From an uncultured Anaerolineae bacterium (GTDB lineage Bacteria > Chloroflexota > Anaerolineae > JAADDB01), in assembly GCA_964487375.1 (NCBI GenBank), contig CAZAQA010000008.1, positions 61,402 through 125,401 of the forward strand: 64,000 nt of DNA, in the 5' to 3' direction. Below, piece by piece: positions 1 to 9,122 of the stretch. The notes below the pieces were generated by a model. The model made no database searches and was not told the DNA's origin. It worked only from the letters and a program-made list of their open reading frames with translations. A program made the position numbers and the translations under genes. How positions within the stretch are numbered: the first letter of the stretch is position 1; each line of letters opens with the position of its first letter.

Positions 1-19
1 CGACACACCGGGAGGTGAG

Positions 20-1360
20 ATGATGCATGTGGATCTGTTGGCAGAACACGCGACCGAACTGGTCACGTGCGCGACGGGAAATGGGCGTCCTAAGCGCGGA
101 GTGGAGATGGACGATGTGGGCATTATTCACGATGGTGCCGTGGCCATCCATCGGGGGCGCATCGTAGCCGTCGGACCGACCGCGGAAGTTCACGCCCAGG
201 TAGAGTCCGCCGATAGGGTCATTGACGCTCATGGGCACTCAGTCATTCCCGGTTTGGTCGATCCACACACCCACGCGGTGTGGGCGGGGGACCGCGCGGC
301 GGAGTTCGAAATGCGGCTCAAAGGCGCGAGCTACCTGGAAATTCTGGAAGCGGGCGGCGGCATCCTGCGCACAGTGCGGGACACACGCGAGGCCTCTCTG
401 GACGACCTCGTCCTGGAAACACGCCAACGCCTGGACCGGATGCTCCTCTCCGGCACAACGACAGCAGAGGTGAAAACGGGCTACGGTCTCGATGAGGAGA
501 CCGAGTTGAAGATGCTGGACGCGATTCGGGCGCTGGATGAGTCCAACGCCATCGACTTGATCCCCACGTTTCTGGGCGCGCACGCCGTGCCCCCCGAGTA
601 CGCGGACAACCCGGACGCTTATGTGGACTTCCTCGTGGAGGAGATGATCCCCCACGTTGCCTCGCTCCAGTATCGGGTGGAGGAAAGGGATGAGGCCGGG
701 GACATGGTGTACGCGGGGTACGAGCGGGCAGCCTGGTTCTGCGATGTGTTTTGTGAACGGGGTGCGTTCAGCCTGGAACAAACCCGGCGCATCCTCGAGG
801 CTGCGAAAGCCGCGGGCATGGACCTGAAAGTGCATGTGGATGAATTCGAACCCTCCCTGGGTGCCGTGCCCCTCGCTGTGGAACTGGGTGCGGTCAGCGT
901 GGACCACCTGCTAAGCACGCCGGAGGAGCACTTGCGCCTCCTGGCTCAGTCCGAGACGGCCGCGGTGGGTCTGCCGGGGACGCCCTTTGGCCTGGCCGAG
1001 CAGCACTACACGCGGGGACGCTTCATCATCGATGCGGGGGGCATCCTCGCCATTGCCACGGACCTCAATCCGGGCACCACGTGGTGTGAGTCCATGCCCA
1101 TGATGATGGCCCTGGCCACCCGCTACATGGGGCTCACCCCCGCGGAGGCGCTGAACGCGGCCACCACCAACGCGGCCTACGCCATTAAAATGAGCCGCTA
1201 TGTGGGCTCTATTGAGGTAGGCAAACAAGGGGATCTCGTCATCCTCGACGTGCCCGACTATCGCCATCTTTCCTATCGCTACGGGAGCAATCTGGTACAC
1301 ACGGTGATCAAAACAGGACGAGTTGTCGTCGAAGACCACAAACTGACCACAAGCCCATGA
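20..1360 (+). CDS. hutI: Imidazolonepropionase (histidine utilization)
   Basis: 446-aa ORF with metal-dependent amidohydrolase signature (DPHTHAVWAGDR; HVDEFEP) and overall similarity to HutI from memory; GGAGG-like RBS (gggaggtgaga) upstream of ATG at 20. Confidence 0.88.
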   Translation: MMHVDLLAEHATELVTCATGNGRPKRGVEMDDVGIIHDGAVAIHRGRIVAVGPTAEVHAQVESADRVIDAHGHSVIPGLVDPHTHAVWAGDRAAEFEMRLKGASYLEILEAGGGILRTVRDTREASLDDLVLETRQRLDRMLLSGTTTAEVKTGYGLDEETELKMLDAIRALDESNAIDLIPTFLGAHAVPPEYADNPDAYVDFLVEEMIPHVASLQYRVEERDEAGDMVYAGYERAAWFCDVFCERGAFSLEQTRRILEAAKAAGMDLKVHVDEFEPSLGAVPLAVELGAVSVDHLLSTPEEHLRLLAQSETAAVGLPGTPFGLAEQHYTRGRFIIDAGGILAIATDLNPGTTWCESMPMMMALATRYMGLTPAEALNAATTNAAYAIKMSRYVGSIEVGKQGDLVILDVPDYRHLSYRYGSNLVHTVIKTGRVVVEDHKLTTSP

Positions 1361-1431
1361 GGTAAACTAACGTAGCGTTTCCTCGGCATGGCTTGGTAGA
1401 GGTACGCTTTGAGAATCTAATGGTGTTCTGG

Positions 1432-1470
1432 GGCAGGGGCGGGCATGAACCGTCCCTGCCCTATTTGATA
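1432..1470 (+). terminator. Putative intrinsic terminator after hutI
   Basis: ggcaggg / ccctgcc 7-bp stem with 15-nt loop followed by ctatttgatatcttc T-rich tract, 70 nt past the hutI stop. Confidence 0.35.
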
Positions 1471-1520
1471 TCTTCAAGGTAAAACATTCGCAACAAGCTA
1501 AGGCATAAAGTTTCACGGCC

Positions 1521-2084
1521 CTAATGCTTCTGCGAACGGGCCTCCTGAAGAACAGTCTCAAAACGCTCAATCAAGGGTTCTTGTAAAGCCAATGAGAACT
1601 CTTGCAGCCACCGGCGTATATATTCCTCATCGAATTGATCGTGTTTGATAAGTATTGACCTTACATCTTCGATATCGCGCGCTCTACCGGCGACTATTTT
1701 ATGTATAATCACATCCTCAAGTGAGGCGAAGCGTACTTGAGCCTGCCCTATCTGAACACGATTGACGCGCTCCATAGCTTGGCGTTCGTAGGGGGAAAAC
1801 GAAAAAACAAAATCAACTCGTATACCTGTTTCTGGGTCCTCGCAGGGTAACACAAAGGTCTGGCGTGTAAAAACATCCGGATCAACCAAAACCCGCAGCC
1901 CAATGGATTGGGCCAGATCTCTTATTGCACGCACTTGAGAAAGCCCAACACCTAATGTGATATCGATATCTTTGGTCAGTCTGGGTTCTCCATACAAGAG
2001 CACGGCCTGACCACCTATAATCATGTAGGGAATATGCGTTTTCTCTAAGGCGTCTGCTACCTTTTCAATGAGTCGAATGAACAT
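1521..2084 (-). CDS. Nucleotidyltransferase-fold protein (minimal NTase / DUF6036-like)
   Basis: 187 aa; the motif IIGGQAVLLYGEPRLTKDIDITLGV fits the G[GS]x9-13Dh[DE]h minimal nucleotidyltransferase signature. Confidence 0.5.
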   Translation of the reverse strand: MFIRLIEKVADALEKTHIPYMIIGGQAVLLYGEPRLTKDIDITLGVGLSQVRAIRDLAQSIGLRVLVDPDVFTRQTFVLPCEDPETGIRVDFVFSFSPYERQAMERVNRVQIGQAQVRFASLEDVIIHKIVAGRARDIEDVRSILIKHDQFDEEYIRRWLQEFSLALQEPLIERFETVLQEARSQKH

Positions 2085-2286
2085 TTATCGCTTTCGCCCA
2101 ACGAATGTCAACCTCAATGCCATCTAGTGGATCCTTTAGAGGAAATGCACCCAACATTCGCGCTTGTTGATAGAGCCCTTCAACGATACGAACATTGGCC
2201 TTGTAGTTAGGACGTTGTCGCCGCATAAGGTCCGCTTCAAACTTTTCCAATATGTTCTGCTTCTGGCGAAGTTCTTGAATTCCCAT
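2065..2286 (-). CDS. Small hypothetical protein coupled to the NTase gene
   Basis: 73 aa from the internal ATG (MGIQELRQ...) with a GGAAGGAG RBS; overlaps the NTase start by 20 nt. The longer ORF-track start at 2322 has no RBS. Confidence 0.4.
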   Translation of the reverse strand: MGIQELRQKQNILEKFEADLMRRQRPNYKANVRIVEGLYQQARMLGAFPLKDPLDGIEVDIRWAKAINVHSTH

Positions 2287-2345
2287 CCTCTTTCTCCTTC
2301 CACACAACACACATTTTAGCACGCATGTTCATATCACACAACTGG

Positions 2346-3533
2346 TCACGTAGCCACCTGAAGGCAAATTGTTTCCACGTGTTGGGCTGTCTGTTCAATG
2401 CGGAATATGCTCTGGACGCGTTGGTACCCGGCCCACCCCATTCGATGCATCGCTGTCACATTCCCCAGCAATTGTTCTATGGCCTTGGCCAATGCGTGCT
2501 CGTCACAGGACGGCACAAGCCGTCCTGTCTCCCCGTCCACCACGATCTCAGGCAGGGCTCCGTGGGCAAACGCGACGACGGGCCGGGCCATGGCCATGGC
2601 TTCCACCACCACCAATCCGAAGGGCTCCGGGTCTCCTGCGTGCACGAACACATCCATAGCAGCCAGTGCCGGGCGTACATCGTCCAGGTGACCGGTGAAA
2701 ACCACCTGCTCGGCCAGTTCCAACTCCCGGGTCAGCATCTGCAGCCGTTGGGGATAATCGTCCTTGACCTGGAATGGCGTCCCCCCAACGACCACACCCC
2801 ACACATCCGGCCGTTGGCGGCGCACACGGGCCAGGGCGCGCAGGAAGCGATCGTGCCCTTTCCAGGGACGCAGGCGTCCTACTGTGCCCACCAGGGGCAC
2901 ATCCCGTGGAATGCCGTACTGGTCGCGAAAGAGGGTACCGTCCATACTGGGGTCGTACTTCTCCACCTCGATACCGTTGTAGACGACGCTCACCCGGCCG
3001 GGACAGGGGAGGTGGCGGGCCGTGGCTTGGGAGTTGGCAATCACCCGGGCAGCCGCATGGCAAAGGAGCCGCTTCCCCACGTGGTCGGGCCACAAATGGC
3101 GCGGCCTGGATTCGGACAGCCAGAAATCGCGCATGTGCCAGATGAAAGGGCGTCTGGCCAGGCGGGCCGCGAGGGCCGCGTAGAGGCTGGCGCGCACGGT
3201 ATTGCCGTAGATGACCTGAACATTCATCTCACGAGCCTGATAAGCGAGAGCTCGCGCGCCTCGCATCATATCCAGGGGGGAACGAGGGGAACGGCGCAGA
3301 CGGGGTAAAGGGAGGGGATGAACGGATATTCCCAGGGCTCGGGCACGCTGGGCCAGCGCGCCTTCAGGGCAGGTGAGGTGAGGCTGGACGCGTGTCCGGT
3401 CCAAATGTTTGAGCAAAAGGAGCAAACTATGTTCCGCGCCACCCAGCGCGGTGGCGTGATCGAGGAAGAGGGCCACCCTCGACACGGGCACGGACGTGTT
3501 CTGCTCGGCATCTTGGGACATGGGCGCTCTCAT
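2346..3533 (-). CDS. Glycosyltransferase family 4 (GT4/GT1 fold)
   Basis: GGAEHSLLLL N-terminal motif and C-terminal EPFGLVVVEAMAMARPVVA (EX7E-type) motif. Start set at the internal ATG 3533 (alternative 3521); the ORF-track start is 3617. Confidence 0.75.
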   Translation of the reverse strand: MRAPMSQDAEQNTSVPVSRVALFLDHATALGGAEHSLLLLLKHLDRTRVQPHLTCPEGALAQRARALGISVHPLPLPRLRRSPRSPLDMMRGARALAYQAREMNVQVIYGNTVRASLYAALAARLARRPFIWHMRDFWLSESRPRHLWPDHVGKRLLCHAAARVIANSQATARHLPCPGRVSVVYNGIEVEKYDPSMDGTLFRDQYGIPRDVPLVGTVGRLRPWKGHDRFLRALARVRRQRPDVWGVVVGGTPFQVKDDYPQRLQMLTRELELAEQVVFTGHLDDVRPALAAMDVFVHAGDPEPFGLVVVEAMAMARPVVAFAHGALPEIVVDGETGRLVPSCDEHALAKAIEQLLGNVTAMHRMGWAGYQRVQSIFRIEQTAQHVETICLQVAT

Positions 3534-4159
3534 CGGGTATTTCTCACCGATCACAGCCAGGCAAGTGCATGCAGCCTCATCATATGCCGTGACGTAGCGG
3601 GCGTGAGGCATGCCCAATACCGTCCGGCATCTCGTTTCATGGATGATACGCCTAACGTGTGGCTCAGCGGCAGCGGCGGCGACTGCACAACCACCATGGC
3701 CAACTTGCTACATCCTTTGCAAATCGCGCCCGCTTTCGCGAGCGGCGAAGCCGCTGTCCGCTGCAATCCCCCAATACGGCGGGCCGTCTTGTTGTTCGGA
3801 TGAAACAGGCTGGTACCGCCCGTGGTCTATTGAGGTCAGGCCGGACACGCAAGCCGAACATTCGCATTGGTGGCTCAGGCCCCGTCTAGAAATCTGGGCC
3901 GCGGCTCGGACGATTCCTTCATTGGTGGCACGGGTTGGCGAGACCCGGTGACCCCGCTCAGTAACGTGTCGATTTCGAGTGAGCCGTATGGTTCATCCCA
4001 TGGTTGACGTGGTGACGACATTCGCCCTTCTTCTTCCCTGTTCGCAAGGGGTTCCTGCTTACAGGTGTTTCCTGCTGCCCTGAATCCGGTTTCCGGCCTC
4101 AAAACGACCTCTTTCACTGTTTCTCAGTACGCGGGGTTAGGTGGGCAATCTTGCCCCTC

Positions 4160-4552
4160 TCACTCTAACCCTACCATGTGCTTTTCAATCCATGCCTCCA
4201 ACGCCTTCCGCCCTATTCGCCCAGCCGCCACCCCTCTCAAAACCTCCTCCTGCTCTGCCACATCCGCTTCTATCTCATATCCGTTCAGCATCAAAAACGT
4301 TTCCATTGCGGCGTGGGCTATCCGCTTATTTCCATCCACAAATGGGTGATTCTTTACTAAACTGTAAACCAACGTCCCTGCCTTCGCTGCCAAACTCGGA
4401 TAGAGATACTCGCCTCCAAACGTCATCCGAGGTTGCGCAAGCGCCGACTGCAATGCTCCCAAGTCACGGATCCCCTCCTCGCCGCCCCCTATTTTCATCA
4501 CGCCGTGATAAAGCACCAACACCTCACTCAAAGTGAGGTAGCGAATCACCAT
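4160..4552 (-). CDS. doc: Doc (death-on-curing) Fic-family toxin
   Basis: 130 aa carrying HPFVDGNKR, the Fic/Doc HxFx(D/N)GNKR motif; sits 5 nt downstream of a small antitoxin-like ORF. Confidence 0.85.
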   Translation of the reverse strand: MVIRYLTLSEVLVLYHGVMKIGGGEEGIRDLGALQSALAQPRMTFGGEYLYPSLAAKAGTLVYSLVKNHPFVDGNKRIAHAAMETFLMLNGYEIEADVAEQEEVLRGVAAGRIGRKALEAWIEKHMVGLE

Positions 4553-4557
4553 CCGCT

Positions 4558-4764
4558 TCAGACCCCCACCGCCAACCGACGATAAAGTTCACTATTCTTC
4601 TGCAGGACATACTCCATTGCCTGCAGAAACTCCTCATCAGGGCGACTAAGTAAATCTTCCACGATGGCCGCTAGAAGCGTTTCCGGGGGAACCCGCAACC
4701 GCTGGGCTTTTTCTTGAAGTTTTGCAAACTGCTCTTCGGTTAGGGGAATAGTGACCACGGTCAT
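4558..4764 (-). CDS. phd: Phd/RHH-like antitoxin of the Doc module
   Basis: 68 aa starting MTVVTIPLTEEQFAKLQEKAQRLRV (ribbon-helix-helix style N-terminus); GGAGCAGG RBS upstream of the ATG at 4764; the ORF-track N-terminal extension to 4902 is unsupported. Confidence 0.65.
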   Translation of the reverse strand: MTVVTIPLTEEQFAKLQEKAQRLRVPPETLLAAIVEDLLSRPDEEFLQAMEYVLQKNSELYRRLAVGV

Positions 4765-4891
4765 TGTCCTGCTCCGATCCCAACGAAAGGAATGCGCCTG
4801 GTTTCTCCTCTTTTTATTGTACACCACTTTGCCTGTGAGTGTTTCTACCCAACTATATGATTGACCTGTAAAATTGAAGCTAAAGACCATG

Positions 4892-4954
4892 TTATCCGAC
4901 AAATCTGTCGGATAAAGCCCCAGAGAAGGGGTTATCCAACAGATTTGCAGGATA
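4892..4954. promoter_or_regulatory. Putative Phd/Doc operator repeats
   Basis: Perfect palindrome TTATCCGACAAATCTGTCGGATAA (4892-4915) and a second related site TTATCCAACAGATTTGCAGGATA (4932-4954), ~130-190 nt upstream of phd on the minus strand. Confidence 0.4.
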
Positions 4955-5163
4955 TGGGCGTGTGTAGCAACAAAACGGCCGAATAGTGTTCCCTATCGGG
5001 GATATGACTTGCACTCCTACCAAAGCCCAACTGCGCCCGCTGCTCACCCAAAGTATATCATATCAACAAGCATACCCCAAATATTGCAGACATCACTCCA
5101 GGCATTGGCAGTACGCCCGGCCAATAACCGGCAAATGGGGTTGAACAGCCGCACCCACCGCGG

Positions 5164-6219
5164 TCATTCACCGCTGAGGGCCTCCTCCATCCGCTCGGCG
5201 GCATGCTCCCACGTCATGTGCGTTTCCACCCAACGACGGCCCGCCTGCCCCATGGCTTCACGCAGATGGGCATCCCTGAGCAAGTCGAGCAAGACGGCGG
5301 CCAGGGCAGCCGGGTCATCCGGAGGGACCAAACGTCCCGTTTCTCCGGGTACGAGAGCTTCTTCGGCTCCGCTCCCCCACGTCGTGACCACTGGCAGGCC
5401 ACTGGCCGCGGCCTCCAGAAAGACAATACCGAAGCCTTCCACACTGGCCCCACCCTGTTCTTCCCGAACGGGCATCACGAAGATATGGGCATTCTGATAA
5501 ACCCCCGGCAGGCCAGACTCAGGAACCCGCCCCACAAATTCCACCATCCCCTGAACATCAAGCTGGTGGCTTAATTTCATCAAGCGCTCCAGGTATGGGC
5601 CGGAACCGACGACCCGGTAGCGCAAATCCGGGAAGGACGTCCGCAGGAGGGGCAGCGCACGCAGGACGGTATCCACGCCCTTGCGGGGCACCAGGCGTCC
5701 CACCGTGAGCAAGACGGGGGGAAAGGAGGGGCGAGCGACGGGCGGCGTAAAGCGGGCCGGATCCGTGCCCGGATAAATGACGATGGGCAAAGGCAAGCCC
5801 AGACTTTGTAGATGACGGGCATTGGCTCGGGTGATGGTGATGAGCGGATGGGCGTGTGCCAAAAGCCGATTGAACAGGGGGCGATGCCATCGACGCTGTG
5901 CGGCGCGATAGTCGTTGCCGTAAGCCACGGCCGCGTAACGATTCGGAGCGACAAGCATCGCCAGGAGCAACAGCCGTGGGTGGGCGTGTCCCACGAGCAC
6001 CCGGTCGGGGTGGGAAGCGACCAGCGCACGCAACCAGAGGTCCCAGCGTGAGCGAGGAACGACCACGCGACGATAGGGTTCAGGGCCGGGGGCGGGCACC
6101 GGCGTGATAACCGTCACCGGATGATGCCGGGCGATCCGGCGCAGGATCTCGTACAAGTAGCGCTGCACGCCCCCCACGCCGGGAGGAAAGTCGAAGGTGA
6201 GACAGGTCAGGCGGCTCAT
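5164..6219 (-). CDS. Glycosyltransferase family 4
   Basis: Start MSRLTCLTFDFPPGVGGVQRY; C-terminal EGFGIVFLEAAASGLPVV motif. The ATG at 6219 overlaps the upstream gene's stop (ATGA); the ORF-track 5' extension to 6426 is rejected. Confidence 0.8.
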   Translation of the reverse strand: MSRLTCLTFDFPPGVGGVQRYLYEILRRIARHHPVTVITPVPAPGPEPYRRVVVPRSRWDLWLRALVASHPDRVLVGHAHPRLLLLAMLVAPNRYAAVAYGNDYRAAQRRWHRPLFNRLLAHAHPLITITRANARHLQSLGLPLPIVIYPGTDPARFTPPVARPSFPPVLLTVGRLVPRKGVDTVLRALPLLRTSFPDLRYRVVGSGPYLERLMKLSHQLDVQGMVEFVGRVPESGLPGVYQNAHIFVMPVREEQGGASVEGFGIVFLEAAASGLPVVTTWGSGAEEALVPGETGRLVPPDDPAALAAVLLDLLRDAHLREAMGQAGRRWVETHMTWEHAAERMEEALSGE

Positions 6220-7316
6220 GAGGTGTCCCTTTTGAAACGCTTTGGCTTCACTTTGGAGGAGGCAATCTCCCGAAAGAGGGCCTCGTAAGCATCCACCACT
6301 CGCTCCAGTGAGAAATCGCGGACCCGGCGGAGGCCCTGCTGTGCCCAATAGTGCCGTTCCTCCTCGCGGGACAGCAGTCGCACCAGCGTTTGACCTATCT
6401 CCTTCAGCGGGACAAGGAGGCCCCATCGGCCCTCATCCAGAACTTCGCGGGCACCATCGTTGGGTGTCGCTACGACCGGCGTACCGCTTGCCATGGCCTC
6501 GATGTAAGGAACGCCGAAGCCTTCATAGCTACTGGGCAGACAAAACACCCACGCCTGTCGGTACAAATCGGCCAGTTGCCGGGTTGAAGGATGCAAGAAC
6601 GAACGAATGTGGGGGACGGTTTCCACTTTCTCCCCAGAGACGAGCCACAGTTCCGCGTCCGGCCGCGCGGGGAGGACTTCCTGTCGGAAGATGCGGATCA
6701 ATTCATTGCCCCGTTTACGGCCACGCAGTGTGCCCACAAACAAGATAGAAGGATGCTCATTCTTGGTGTGACCGGGATGAAACAGTGACAGATCCACCCC
6801 GTTGGGAATAACTCGATCGATAAAGGGCAGATAGCGTCGGGTATTGGCACTGACGGCCACCGCGATCGTGGCCTTTGCCGCCTCCCACACTTCACGAGGG
6901 ACGAAGGTAAGGTACCACAGGCGTTTCTTCCAGGTCGGCGCGTGAATAGCTTCCCCCAGAGCCGCGCCGTGAAACGTGCGTACGAGGGGAATGCCGGGAC
7001 GCACGACCAGGGCGTCATCCCCGTGAGCGTGCAAAACGTCAAACGAACTAAAATCTTGTCGGGCGAATTTGCGAACAACGGTCCAGTTCCAGCGCCAACG
7101 GGACCAGGGCGTCTGGGGGTATGGGAGGACCACCTGCTTCACTTCGTAGCGAGCACCTGGTGGACGAGGATCGACGCTGAAGATGGTCACTCGGTGGCCT
7201 CGGTCCACCAGGGCGTTGGCGAGACGATGGGCCACGTAAGCCACTCCTCCTCGCTTCTCCTGACTCTGGGGCAGGTGCAGGGAAAGCACGGCAATCCGCA
7301 GTGAGGCGAGGCTCAT
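6216..7316 (-). CDS. Glycosyltransferase family 4
   Basis: MSLASLRIAVLSLHLP... with YEGFGVPYIEAMASGTPVV motif; start at 7316 overlaps the stop of the upstream GT2 gene (ATGA). Confidence 0.8.
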   Translation of the reverse strand: MSLASLRIAVLSLHLPQSQEKRGGVAYVAHRLANALVDRGHRVTIFSVDPRPPGARYEVKQVVLPYPQTPWSRWRWNWTVVRKFARQDFSSFDVLHAHGDDALVVRPGIPLVRTFHGAALGEAIHAPTWKKRLWYLTFVPREVWEAAKATIAVAVSANTRRYLPFIDRVIPNGVDLSLFHPGHTKNEHPSILFVGTLRGRKRGNELIRIFRQEVLPARPDAELWLVSGEKVETVPHIRSFLHPSTRQLADLYRQAWVFCLPSSYEGFGVPYIEAMASGTPVVATPNDGAREVLDEGRWGLLVPLKEIGQTLVRLLSREEERHYWAQQGLRRVRDFSLERVVDAYEALFREIASSKVKPKRFKRDTS

Positions 7317-8215
7317 GTTCCTGGCCTCCTTCCCGCCGCCCACCATCCATCCCACAAGCCAAGCAGAGAGGGGAGAACTAAATGCAACTGCCTTTGCCCC
7401 AGCCCACGCTTGACCAGAATCCAGCCAAGCTCCCGTTTTAGAAACCAGGGTAAATATCGATGTGAGATATTCTTGCGGAAGAAATAGGCGTTGTTGTAAT
7501 GACTTTCATAGTAGAAGCGCCCGGCATCCTCCTCCAGACTCGTCCGCACCCCACCGCGATTGTGCATCAGGTGGACGACCGCGGCCTCCGGGTCATACAT
7601 GATGATGTAGCCACGCTCACGGATGCGAAAGGAGAAATCCGTTTCCTCCCAGTTCGCCTTGCCAATATACCCTTCATCGAACAGACCCACGTCCAGGGCC
7701 AGGGTCCTGGGCACCGACATGTTACATCCAATCAAGCTGTCGGTCTCCCCGCGGGGCACCGGATGTTCCCAGTAGGAGTACATCCGCCCATCAGGGCGAA
7801 TGACGCAAACCTTGGGCTTCGGGGGCAAAGCCTTTTTCTCCGGTCGAATCCCACCGGTGACCGCGCCCACTTTCGGGTCTCTATAATTCCTGAGGTGCAA
7901 TTCAACCAGGTTGGGAGGGGGAATGATATCATCATCACAGTAAAGCAAATAGGCGCCGCGCGCCAGGCGCGCGCCCACGTTGCGAGCATGCGGCAGGCCG
8001 GGCGTGCTCAGGCGATGGTAGTGAAAATGAGGATGGCGGCCCAACGCTTGCAGGCACGCCTCCGTTGCCGGCCGGTGATGCGGCGTCTGGTCGATAACGA
8101 TCAGCTCGAGGTTCGAGTAGGTTAGTGAGAGCAGGTGATGAAGTGTCTGGCACAAAATCGCTTCCCGCTTGTAGGTGGGAACAATGATGGAGACGAGAGG
8201 CTTCTCAGCGGCCAT
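7313..8215 (-). CDS. Glycosyltransferase family 2
   Basis: VSIIVPTYKREAILCQTL N-terminus and LLYCDDDIIP (DxD) motif, as in GT-A fold GT2 enzymes. Confidence 0.8.
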   Translation of the reverse strand: MAAEKPLVSIIVPTYKREAILCQTLHHLLSLTYSNLELIVIDQTPHHRPATEACLQALGRHPHFHYHRLSTPGLPHARNVGARLARGAYLLYCDDDIIPPPNLVELHLRNYRDPKVGAVTGGIRPEKKALPPKPKVCVIRPDGRMYSYWEHPVPRGETDSLIGCNMSVPRTLALDVGLFDEGYIGKANWEETDFSFRIRERGYIIMYDPEAAVVHLMHNRGGVRTSLEEDAGRFYYESHYNNAYFFRKNISHRYLPWFLKRELGWILVKRGLGQRQLHLVLPSLLGLWDGWWAAGRRPGT

Positions 8216-9122
8216 CGCGCCCCCCTTCCTGAAGCCAGTTCGCTGACGAATGACGAACCCTGACCCCGGCCAAGAATCCTGCGGCCATCCCCAGCAAGCT
8301 GGGACCTAACAGACGAACCTTCCGCTGCTGCCAGACGACGCGATAGGCCAGGTGAACCAGGTGACGCCGCAAAAAAGGCAACAATCCCCACACTCGGCAG
8401 TGCTTAGCGAAGAAGTAAGCGTTGTTGTGAAACCAACCATAGACGTACCTGGACTCGTCCTCCTGATCACTGCGACTTCCTCCGCTGGGCCAGGCCAAAT
8501 GTTCGACGCGGGCCGCGGGGTCATAGAGCAGCCGATACCCCAGATCACGAACTCGCCAGGACGCGTCCGTCTCCTCACGATGGGCCCGTCCGATGAACCC
8601 TTCATCAAAGCCCCCTACCTCAACAAGAGCACGCCGTCGGAAGGACATATTACAGCCGACGACGCTGTCCACGGAAATCGCGGTGTCCGGCACCGGACGT
8701 ACTGCAACTTCACAATCGGATTGCATGTACAGCGGCCCCTTAGCACGCTTCAGATCAAGATGATCGGGGCCGGTGACGCCCCCCACACGGGGATCACCGT
8801 AGTGCCGAGCGTGTGCGACCAGCAAATCCTTCCCGGGAATGACATCATCGTCGCAAAAAAGCACCACGTCTCCTCGCGTTTCCAAAATCCCCCGGTTCCT
8901 GGCATAGCACATCCCCGTCCGGTCCAAATGGAGGACACGCGCCGGTGGGGGTAATGCCGCCAGGAAAGCGCGCGTCTCCGGCTCATGAAAGGGACTTTGA
9001 TCCACAATCAACAACTCCCACTCGGGATAGGCTTGCTGCAGAAGTCCTTTGATGGTGTCTCGCAGCACCTTCTCACGCCGATAGGTAACCACAATGACAG
9101 AAAGCGAGGGTAACGCTGTCAT
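8205..9122 (-). CDS. Glycosyltransferase family 2
   Basis: LSVIVVTYRREKVLRDTI and VVLFCDDDVIP motifs; paralog of the preceding GT2; 11-nt overlap with the upstream gene. Confidence 0.8.
   Translation of the reverse strand: MTALPSLSVIVVTYRREKVLRDTIKGLLQQAYPEWELLIVDQSPFHEPETRAFLAALPPPARVLHLDRTGMCYARNRGILETRGDVVLFCDDDVIPGKDLLVAHARHYGDPRVGGVTGPDHLDLKRAKGPLYMQSDCEVAVRPVPDTAISVDSVVGCNMSFRRRALVEVGGFDEGFIGRAHREETDASWRVRDLGYRLLYDPAARVEHLAWPSGGSRSDQEDESRYVYGWFHNNAYFFAKHCRVWGLLPFLRRHLVHLAYRVVWQQRKVRLLGPSLLGMAAGFLAGVRVRHSSANWLQEGGRDGR

Noticed and set aside
2764-3145. Cluster of 60-180-aa ORFs in all frames over the first GT4 gene (e.g. 2548-3093 -, 2774-3145 +)
   Set aside because: Typical high-GC overlapping frames; only the 2346-3533 frame has glycosyltransferase motifs.
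8352-8954. 200-aa + ORF; also 7499-8125 +
   Set aside because: Antisense shadows of the two GT2 genes.
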